Origin: Dehalococcoidia bacterium
Lineage (GTDB): Bacteria; Chloroflexota; Dehalococcoidia; Tepidiformales; Tepidiformaceae
Assembly: GCA_046152925.1 (NCBI GenBank)
Contig: JBJXFX010000002.1
Coordinates: forward strand, 1 to 24,000
DNA length: 24,000 nt
Direction: 5' to 3'
Each line of letters starts with the position of its first letter. Positions within the stretch are counted from its first letter, which is position 1. Positions 14,826 through 21,333 of this stretch are shown here, piece after piece. Under the pieces are notes generated by a model, which was given only the letters and a program-made list of their open reading frames with translations, made no database searches and was not told the origin of the DNA. The position numbers were made by a program, and so were the translations under genes.

Positions 14826-15728
14826 ATGAAGATCGCGATCACCGGCAGCACCGGGTTGCTCGGCACCGCCCTGCACGACGCCTGGGGCGAAACGCATGTC
14901 ATCACCCGCGTCATCCGCGGCCCAAGAGAAGAGACCGTCAGCGTTTGGGATCCGCGGCAAGATTGGGTCCGCCCCGGGGCGCTTGATGGGTACGATGTCG
15001 TTGTCCACCTTGCGGGCGCGTCGATCGGCTCTGGCCGGTGGTCGGCGGCCCGCAAGGCCGAGATCGTCGCGAGCCGCGTTGCAGGCACCCGGACACTCGT
15101 CCGGCACCTTGCCTCGCTCGAACACAAGCCTTCGTTGTTCATTTCAGCGTCCGCGGTGGGCTTCTACGGCTCGCGCGGTGACGAAGTATTGACGGAGGAA
15201 AGCGCGCTCGGCGCGGGATTCCTTGCCAACCTCTGCAAGGATTGGGAAGCGGAAGCGAGGGCCGCCGAGCAAGCCGGCATCCGCACGGCGATCCTTCGGC
15301 TCGGTGTGATCCTCTCGCGCAATGGCGGCGCGCTCGGGCGCATGCTGCTCCCGTTCAAGCTCGGCGCCGGCGGGCGGATCGGCTCCGGGAAGCAATGGAT
15401 GGCCTGGGTCGGGCTCGAAGACGCGGTCCGCGCATTTGACTTCGTGGTCCGCGCGCCCGGCGCGCAGGGCGTCTACAACGTGACCGCGCCAAACCCCGCG
15501 ACGAACGCCGAGTTCACCAAGGCCCTCGGCAAGACCTTGAAGCGGCCCACGCTCGTGCCCGTGCCCCCGTTCGGCCTGAAGCTCCTGTTGGGTGGCGAAA
15601 TGGCCCAAGAGCTGATCCTCGCGTCGCAGCGCGTCGTCCCTCAGCGACTGGGCGAGGCCGGCTTCCAGTTCCGCCAGCCACGGATCGCGGATGGCCTGGC
15701 CGCCGCGCTCGGCCGGGGAGGCGGCTAA
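14826..15728 (+). CDS. TIGR01777/YfcH-type atypical SDR (NAD-dependent epimerase family, SDR39U1-like)
   Basis: It aligns by eye with E. coli YfcH along the full length (MKIAITGSTGLLG, HLAGASIGSGRWS, ISASAVGFYG, LPFKLGAGGRIGSGKQWMAW, RLGEAGFQF). Confidence 0.9.
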   Translation: MKIAITGSTGLLGTALHDAWGETHVITRVIRGPREETVSVWDPRQDWVRPGALDGYDVVVHLAGASIGSGRWSAARKAEIVASRVAGTRTLVRHLASLEHKPSLFISASAVGFYGSRGDEVLTEESALGAGFLANLCKDWEAEARAAEQAGIRTAILRLGVILSRNGGALGRMLLPFKLGAGGRIGSGKQWMAWVGLEDAVRAFDFVVRAPGAQGVYNVTAPNPATNAEFTKALGKTLKRPTLVPVPPFGLKLLLGGEMAQELILASQRVVPQRLGEAGFQFRQPRIADGLAAALGRGGG

Positions 15729-16513
15729 TGGCGGTCGCAATCGCCCAACGCCAAGCCGGCGCCGCGCGTCTTCGCCAGTGGAACCTCGCCATGGGGGCCC
15801 TCCACTTCATCCAGGGCGTTGGTATGCTTGCCCTGGCGAGCAGCTTCGCCCTTCCGGTGACCGCCGCCTTCGTCGTCATGGACCCGGAGAGCGGCGGCCT
15901 CGAACCGGACCTCCGGACGCTGTTCGATGTCCGGCTCGGTCCGGTAATCGCGAGCTTCCTCTTCCTCTCCGCCGTGGCCCATCTGGCGGTCTCCCTGCCG
16001 CGCACGTACCGCTGGTACACCTCCAACCTCGCGAAGGGGATCAACTACGCCCGCTGGGTCGAGTACTCGCTCAGTTCGTCGGTCATGATCGTCGCCATCG
16101 GGATGATCGTCGGGATCTACGACGTCGCCGCGCTCATCGGGCTGTTCGGCCTGAACGCGATGATGATCTTCTGCGGTTGGATGATGGAGCGTCACAACCA
16201 GCTCACCGCGCGCGTCGATTGGACGTCGTACGTGTTTGGCTGCTTCGCTGGGGCGCTGCCCTGGGTCGCGATCTTCATCTACCTGATCGGCGCTGGGGGC
16301 CAAGACGGCGGCCCGCCAACCTTCGTCTACGCGATCTTCGTGTCGATCTTCGCCTTCTTCAACGTGTTTGCGCTGAACATGTTCCTTCAATACCGCAAAC
16401 TCGGCCCTTGGCGGTCGTATCTCTTCGGCGAAAAGGCGTATCTGATCCTCAGCCTCACGGCGAAATCGGCGCTCGCGTGGCAGGTCTACGCCGGCACCTT
16501 GCAGCCGAGCTAA
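15728..16513 (+). CDS. Heliorhodopsin (retinal-binding seven-TM protein with inverted topology)
   Basis: It closely resembles the prototype heliorhodopsin 48C12 as I recall it: ARWVEYSLSSSVMIV (counterion Glu112), FCGWMMERH, GEKAYLILSLTAKSALAWQVYAGTL (Schiff-base Lys246, AAA at 16463-16465), plus His26 and His85. The start overlaps the SDR stop (TAATG). Confidence 0.92.
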   Translation: MAVAIAQRQAGAARLRQWNLAMGALHFIQGVGMLALASSFALPVTAAFVVMDPESGGLEPDLRTLFDVRLGPVIASFLFLSAVAHLAVSLPRTYRWYTSNLAKGINYARWVEYSLSSSVMIVAIGMIVGIYDVAALIGLFGLNAMMIFCGWMMERHNQLTARVDWTSYVFGCFAGALPWVAIFIYLIGAGGQDGGPPTFVYAIFVSIFAFFNVFALNMFLQYRKLGPWRSYLFGEKAYLILSLTAKSALAWQVYAGTLQPS

Positions 16514-16530
16514 GCCTCGCGAGTGAGATG

Positions 16531-16559
16531 TTGATAGCCTTAGTCAACTATCGTACGCT
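16531..16559 (+). promoter_or_regulatory. Candidate promoter of the rhodanese gene (TTGATA-17 nt-TACGCT)
   Basis: TTGATA is at 16531-16536 and TACGCT at 16554-16559. The AAGGAG SD lies before ATG 16593. Confidence 0.5.
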
Positions 16560-16592
16560 CGCAGGGCAATCATCCCAAAAGGAGCCCGCCCC

Positions 16593-17459
16593 ATGTCCGC
16601 AATCGCCGACCGCGGCTATGCCAACCCCGACGTCCTCGTCTCGACCGACTGGGTCGCCAGCCATCTGAGCGACCCGTCGGTGCGGATCGTTGAGTCCAAC
16701 GAAGACCAGCTGCTCTACCCCTCGGGCCACATCCCGGGCGCCATCCAGATCGACTGGGCGGCCGACCTCAACGACCAGGTCCGCCGCGACTACCTGGACA
16801 AGGCCGGGTTCGAAGCCCTGATGTCGAAGAGCGGCATCAGCCGCGACACGACCGTCGTCTTCTACGGCGACAAGAACAACTGGTGGGCCTGCTACGCCTA
16901 CTGGATCTTCCAACTTTTCGGCCACACCAAGGCGAAGGTGATGGACGGCGGACGCCTCAAGTGGGAAAAGGAGAGCCGGACGCTGACCCGCGAAGCCCCG
17001 AGCTACGCGGCCACCAGCTACACCGCCCCCGAGCGCGACGACAGCGCGATCCGCGCCTTCCGGGAAGAGGTGAAGGCCCACTCGGCCGCCGGCAAGCCGC
17101 TCGTCGATGTGCGCAGCAACCCCGAGTACACGGGCGAGCGCACGCACATGCCCGAGTACCCGCAAGAGGGCGTGCTCCGCGGCGGCCACATTCCCGGCGC
17201 GAAGAACGTGCCCTGGGCGCGCGCGGCGAACCCCGAGGACGGCACCTTTAAGTCGGCCGCCGACCTCCGCGCGATCTACGAGCAGGAGCAGGGGCTGAAG
17301 GCGTCCGACGACATCGTCGCCTACTGCCGGATCGGCGAGCGCTCCAGCCACACCTGGTTCGTGCTCACGAACCTGCTCGGCTACAAGAACGTCCGCAATT
17401 ACGACGGTTCGTGGACCGAGTGGGGCAACAGCGTCGGCCTGCCGATCGAGAAGCCGTAA
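16593..17459 (+). CDS. Thiosulfate/3-mercaptopyruvate sulfurtransferase (tandem rhodanese domains)
   Basis: The two-domain rhodanese layout is present. The active-site loop is [12 protein letters not shown], and the protein ends in YDGSWTEWG. Confidence 0.9.
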   Translation: MSAIADRGYANPDVLVSTDWVASHLSDPSVRIVESNEDQLLYPSGHIPGAIQIDWAADLNDQVRRDYLDKAGFEALMSKSGISRDTTVVFYGDKNNWWACYAYWIFQLFGHTKAKVMDGGRLKWEKESRTLTREAPSYAATSYTAPERDDSAIRAFREEVKAHSAAGKPLVDVRSNPEYTGERTHMPEYPQEGVLRGGHIPGAKNVPWARAANPEDGTFKSAADLRAIYEQEQGLKASDDIVAYCRIGERSSHTWFVLTNLLGYKNVRNYDGSWTEWGNSVGLPIEKP

Positions 17460-17488
17460 CCCGACCAGCAGCAGCAACACCACCACCG

Positions 17489-17525
17489 CGGGGTTGCGAC
17501 GTGGACGTCGCAACCCCGTTTCTGT
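17489..17525. terminator. Bidirectional rho-independent terminator
   Basis: CGGGGTTGCGACG / CGTCGCAACCCCG forms a 13-bp stem with loop TGGA, followed by TTTCTGT. It lies between convergent genes. Confidence 0.85.
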
Positions 17526-17549
17526 CGCCAAGGAGTTCCCGCGGACCGT

Positions 17550-17894
17550 TCAGGCCCGCGGCCGCGCGCCCTTCGCTGGCAACGTCGCCGTGAACGCCAA
17601 TCCGCGGGCCAGCCACGCGCGGAGGTCCGCGTCGGAGGCAACCGCGGCCGCCGCGACGTACACCCAGCCCCGCATCGGTTTCCCTGGGTAGTCGAACGGC
17701 CGCGCGCCGGGCAGCGACTGCGCCTCGGGATAGGCGAGCACCCCCACCCGCACGACCAGCTCCGTGCCGATGACGCCCGCAAAGAGGTGCCCGCGGTCGA
17801 AGAATCCCAAGCCGCCAAACAGGTGCTGCTCGACGGCGCCTTCGCCTGCCGTGAGCGCCCGGACGCGCAGCGCCAGGCCGTGGTCGAACGCCAT
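17550..17894 (-). CDS. TfoX/Sxy N-terminal domain family protein
   Basis: 114 aa; GGLGFFDRGHLFAGVIGTELVVRV and the C-terminal DLRAWL pattern are TfoX_N-like. A TAGGCT box lies 7 nt upstream of the ATG. Confidence 0.65.
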   Translation of the reverse strand: MAFDHGLALRVRALTAGEGAVEQHLFGGLGFFDRGHLFAGVIGTELVVRVGVLAYPEAQSLPGARPFDYPGKPMRGWVYVAAAAVASDADLRAWLARGLAFTATLPAKGARPRA

Positions 17895-17950
17895 AGCGTC
17901 GAGCCTAACCGGCCGCTGCCCGGTTCGCCATCACCGTGCACAATAGCGCC

Positions 17951-18625
17951 ATGACTGATCCCGGCCTCTTCCAGACCCTCTATACCACCCGCGCGTTGCG
18001 CCGGTTCAAGCCGGACCCGATCCCCGATGATGTGCTCTTTCAGGTGCTCGACGCCGGGATCCGGGCGTCGAGCGGGCAGAATGCCCAAGACTGGCGCTTC
18101 CTCGTGATCACGGACCCGGCGGTCAAGGCGAAGCTCCAAGAGTGGGCGCTCGAAGGCTGGGCGCGCTATCAGGCGCGCTTCGGGACCCAGGAAGCGATCG
18201 ACGCCCTGCCACGCAGTCAGCGTCTCTCGCTCAACAGCGTCCGCGACCTCTCCCACACAATCGGGAAGGTGCCGGTCGTCCTCGGGGTGCTCGGCCTCAA
18301 GGGACGCCACTCCACGCCAGGCGGGAGCGTTTTTCCCGCTGTTCAGAACATCCAGATTGCGGCGCGGGCCTTGGGACTCGGCAGCTCGATCTTCAACCTT
18401 CCGTTCGGCCACAAGGACGAACTCCTCACGATGCTCAACATCCCGGAGAACAACGAGCTCTATTGCCTCTTGCCGATGGGCTACCCGACGGACAAGCAGG
18501 GGCCGGTGAAGCGGAAGCCACTGCGCGATGTCGTGTATTGGGAGAAATTCGGCGAGCGCTGGCCCTTCGCGGAACAGCAGCCGGCCACCGGCTATCAGGA
18601 CAAGTGGGTGCCGCCTCAATCGTAG
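17951..18625 (+). CDS. Nitroreductase family protein
   Basis: TTRALRRFKPDPIPDDVLFQVLDAGIRASSGQNAQDWRFLVITDP is a classic nitroreductase N-terminus. A CACAAT box lies 6 nt upstream of the ATG. Confidence 0.88.
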   Translation: MTDPGLFQTLYTTRALRRFKPDPIPDDVLFQVLDAGIRASSGQNAQDWRFLVITDPAVKAKLQEWALEGWARYQARFGTQEAIDALPRSQRLSLNSVRDLSHTIGKVPVVLGVLGLKGRHSTPGGSVFPAVQNIQIAARALGLGSSIFNLPFGHKDELLTMLNIPENNELYCLLPMGYPTDKQGPVKRKPLRDVVYWEKFGERWPFAEQQPATGYQDKWVPPQS

Positions 18626-19284
18626 CTCGGCACCAACTCCAGGTGCCCCGAGCCGATCTCCACGATTTCCGACGGGATCGTCTCGCCAAATGCGACCGTC
18701 ACGGGCGGGCCATCTGCCCAACGCAGTTCGACGACGCGCTTGTCGACGTCCACCAGCCAGACTTCGCGCACGCCATAGTGGAAATACGATGGCAGCTTCA
18801 CACCCCGGTCGTACTCGGCCGTGCTCGGCGAGAGCACTTCCACGATCAAGTCGGGCGGGCCGTTCACGCCGTGCCGGCCGCGGCGGAACATGCTCTCTGG
18901 GGCGAGATACATGATGTCGGGCTGGAACCCGATGCGTTCGGCGAAGTCGACGTTCTGCGGCGCGGTCCGCACCCAGCCGCCTCGGCTGCGCGCGAGCATC
19001 GCCAGATCCGTCGCAATGTTGGTCACGGCATCCTGATGGACGCCGGATGGCGCTGCACACATGATCAGCATCCCGTGGAGAAGTTCGTACTGGTTCGGGT
19101 CGTCGTCCGGGAGGTTATGCCAGTCCTCGACCGTCATCGGAAACGGCGGCTCGATCACGAGCATCCCGTGGAGGAGCTCCTTGACACGCGGGTCACGATT
19201 CTGAATCTCGCGGAAGTTCTCCACCGTAATGACTTGTCCGGGTTCGAGCAGTGGTGCGCGCGTGAGGTTGGACGTCGCTGTCAT
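18616..19284 (-). CDS. Uma2 family (DUF820) endonuclease with a duplicated N-terminal segment
   Basis: PDLIVEVLSPSTAEYDRGVKLPSYFHYGVREVWLVD is the PD-(D/E)xK Uma2 signature. A TAGAAT box (reverse complement of 19291-19296) lies 6 nt upstream of ATG 19284. Confidence 0.85.
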   Translation of the reverse strand: MTATSNLTRAPLLEPGQVITVENFREIQNRDPRVKELLHGMLVIEPPFPMTVEDWHNLPDDDPNQYELLHGMLIMCAAPSGVHQDAVTNIATDLAMLARSRGGWVRTAPQNVDFAERIGFQPDIMYLAPESMFRRGRHGVNGPPDLIVEVLSPSTAEYDRGVKLPSYFHYGVREVWLVDVDKRVVELRWADGPPVTVAFGETIPSEIVEIGSGHLELVPSYD

Positions 19285-19365
19285 GGCCCCATTCTACGCC
19301 GTCACGATCGCCCTCGCGTGTCCTGACGGCTATCCTTCGCCCACCCCGCCCTCCGGAGGCCTCCC

Positions 19366-20283
19366 GTGCGCTTTGGCATCGTCACAGCCGACCAGAAGTG
19401 GGTCACGCGCGAGGCGCTGGCCGCGATCGACGCCACCCGCTTCACCACCCTGAGCGTCGTCGACCATCCGTCGTTCGCCATCCCGGACCCGTGGACCTGG
19501 CTCGCCTGGGCGGCAGGCCAGACGCAGCGGATACGGCTGGGCACCCACGTCACGGGGGCGCCCTTCCACCACCCGCAGAACCTCGCGCGGCAGGTCGCGA
19601 CGGTGGACATCGTCAGCGGCGGGCGGGCGTTGCTGGGCATCGGCACGGCCTACGAACACGCCGACTTCCACCCCTTCGGCTACGCCATGCCGCGCTTTTC
19701 GGAACGGGTCGCGATGCTCGAAGAGTGTGTCACCGTGCTTAGGTCGTTCTGGACGCAAGCCTCGACCACGTTCGCCGGCCGCTTCTACCACCTTGAAGGG
19801 GGCGCCGCCTTCAACCCGAAGCCACTCCAGCAGCCGCACCCGCCGATCTGGGTCGGCCTCAACACCGATGGGTTGGCCCTCAAGGCTGCCGTCCGGGTCG
19901 CCGATGGCCTGAATACCTGGCAACTCGGGCCAGGGCAGCTCCGCGACCTGATCCCCGCCGCGCGGGCCCACTGCGAAGCTGCCGGCCGCGACCCCGCGAC
20001 CTTCGCCATCACCGCGGATGTCGTCTTCCTGCGCGATGGCGATGCCGCGGCCGCCGACGCGATGGCCCGGCGCATCTCCGGGATGGCCCGCAGCTGGGGC
20101 CGCTCCGAGCGCGTCACGGAGTGGGATGCCGGCGGCGTGCTCCACGGCGACGCCGCCCAGATGCGCGACCAGGCCGCCGCCTTCCACCTACTCGGGGTAG
20201 AGGAGCTCTCCGTCTCGCTCTCGAACCTCGAGGACATTCGCTGGTTCAGCGACGAGGTGATCGCCAAGGCCGGGCTGAGCTGA
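19366..20283 (+). CDS. LLM-class (luciferase-like) flavin/F420-dependent oxidoreductase
   Basis: GTG start after GGAGG. The sequence is typical of the LLM family (RLGTHVTGAPFHHPQNLARQVATVDIVSGGRALLGIGT, PKPLQQPHPPIWVG). Confidence 0.88.
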   Translation: MRFGIVTADQKWVTREALAAIDATRFTTLSVVDHPSFAIPDPWTWLAWAAGQTQRIRLGTHVTGAPFHHPQNLARQVATVDIVSGGRALLGIGTAYEHADFHPFGYAMPRFSERVAMLEECVTVLRSFWTQASTTFAGRFYHLEGGAAFNPKPLQQPHPPIWVGLNTDGLALKAAVRVADGLNTWQLGPGQLRDLIPAARAHCEAAGRDPATFAITADVVFLRDGDAAAADAMARRISGMARSWGRSERVTEWDAGGVLHGDAAQMRDQAAAFHLLGVEELSVSLSNLEDIRWFSDEVIAKAGLS

Positions 20284-20379
20284 GGCGATTCCGGCGCTCC
20301 GGCGGGCCGCGCCCCTTCTCCGCGCGCCTTCGCCTGCCGATGGTACTAGTGCCGACCCCTTGATCCTCGGCGGAGCACC

Positions 20380-21120
20380 ATGGCAAGTAGCAACGTCTCC
20401 CCGTCGAGCGGCCAAACCCCGAGCTGGCGTGCCTGGGCACAGCCCGTCCTCGTGATCGGCTGGGTCGCGGTCCTCGCCTACCTGGCGTACGCCACCGTAA
20501 CGAGCCCAGGGCTCCTCACGATCGTCGCCTTCGCGGGTTCCGTCGTGCTCTTTGGGCTGTTTTGGGCCCAGGTCTGGGCTTCGCGCTGGGTCGGACGCCG
20601 CCAGTGGCGCAGCCTCATCGCCAAAGCCCACGGCTCCGCCTACATCAGCGACATCGACGGGATCCCCAACCGGAACTACCTCCTCTCTGAATTGCGCCGC
20701 GAAATGCCGCGCGCACGCGCGGCGGACACGCCGTTTGTGCTCGTCATCCTTTCGCTCGAGGCGTACGACGAAGTCGTCGACCGCCGCGGGGCCGAATTCG
20801 GCCAACGCGCGATCCGCGGGCTCGGAGAGGTCCTTCGCCGCTTCACGCGCACCTCGGACTTCGTCGCGCATCTCGATGGCTCCCGTTTCTGCGCCATGTT
20901 GAACGAATGCACGTTGGAAGACTCGTTTATCTACCTCCAGCGCGTGCCCGGCACGATCGCGGTGAGCGACGGCCACCGGATGCTCGAAGTTCCGGTCGCC
21001 GCGCGTCTTTTCCAATACGACCTCGAGGGTCTCTACGCGACCGACGTCCTGCGGGATGCCGAAGAAGCGCCGGCCCTGCGCCGACGCGTATCCAAACAGT
21101 TCGGCACCGAAGCGGCCTAA
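20380..21120 (+). CDS. Membrane-anchored degenerate GGDEF-domain protein; the A-site is lost and the RxxD I-site is retained
   Basis: There are two N-terminal TM helices. The GGDEF-fold sequence is present (IPNRNYLLSEL, FVLVILSLEAYDEVVDRRGAEFGQRAI). The signature reads DGSRF (nt 20875-20889) in place of GG(D/E)EF. RTSD (nt 20848-20859) lies 5 residues upstream. Confidence 0.8.
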   Translation: MASSNVSPSSGQTPSWRAWAQPVLVIGWVAVLAYLAYATVTSPGLLTIVAFAGSVVLFGLFWAQVWASRWVGRRQWRSLIAKAHGSAYISDIDGIPNRNYLLSELRREMPRARAADTPFVLVILSLEAYDEVVDRRGAEFGQRAIRGLGEVLRRFTRTSDFVAHLDGSRFCAMLNECTLEDSFIYLQRVPGTIAVSDGHRMLEVPVAARLFQYDLEGLYATDVLRDAEEAPALRRRVSKQFGTEAA

Positions 21121-21130
21121 AGCTCCCCAC

Positions 21131-21189
21131 CACGGCAACCAAAACAGAGCCCTGAGCGACAGCCAGGGCTACGGACGCCTTCTCCTGAT
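21131..21189. repeat. 59-bp repeat, copy 1 (intact hairpin)
   Basis: CACGGCAACCAAAACAGAGCCCTGAGCGACAGCCAGGGCTACGGACGCCTTCTCCTGAT recurs at 21264-21322. The only differences are a 5-nt patch in the 3' stem arm. Confidence 0.9.
21134..21170 (-). terminator. Terminator-like hairpin with a T-run on the minus strand (distal pyk terminator)
   Basis: On the minus strand, AGCCCTG-GCTGTCGCT-CAGGGCT is followed by CTGTTTTGGTTGCC. Confidence 0.5.
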
Positions 21190-21263
21190 GCCCCACCCAC
21201 GCCAGTCTCATCAGCCACTCCGAGCCACAGCCGCCCTTGCCTACTCGCCCATCGGCCCCCACG

Positions 21264-21322
21264 CACGGCAACCAAAACAGAGCCCTGAGCGACAGCGATG
21301 GGTACGGACGCCTTCTCCTGAT
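21264..21322. repeat. 59-bp repeat, copy 2 (stem arm mutated)
   Basis: It is identical to copy 1 except that CCAGGGCT becomes GATGGGT, which weakens the hairpin. Confidence 0.9.
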
Positions 21323-21333
21323 TCCTCAGCACG

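Noticed and set aside
19339-19368. Overlapping palindromes CCTCCGGAGG and GGAGGCCTCC around the SD of the LLM oxidoreductase gene, as a possible SD-sequestering switch
   Set aside because: The stems are only 4-5 bp and such GC palindromes are common in this composition. That is not enough evidence for regulation.
21124-21322. Possible CRISPR array (repeat-spacer-repeat)
   Set aside because: There are only two copies, the repeat is 59 bp and imperfect, the single spacer is 74 bp, and no cas genes are present. It fits a duplicated terminator-like element better.
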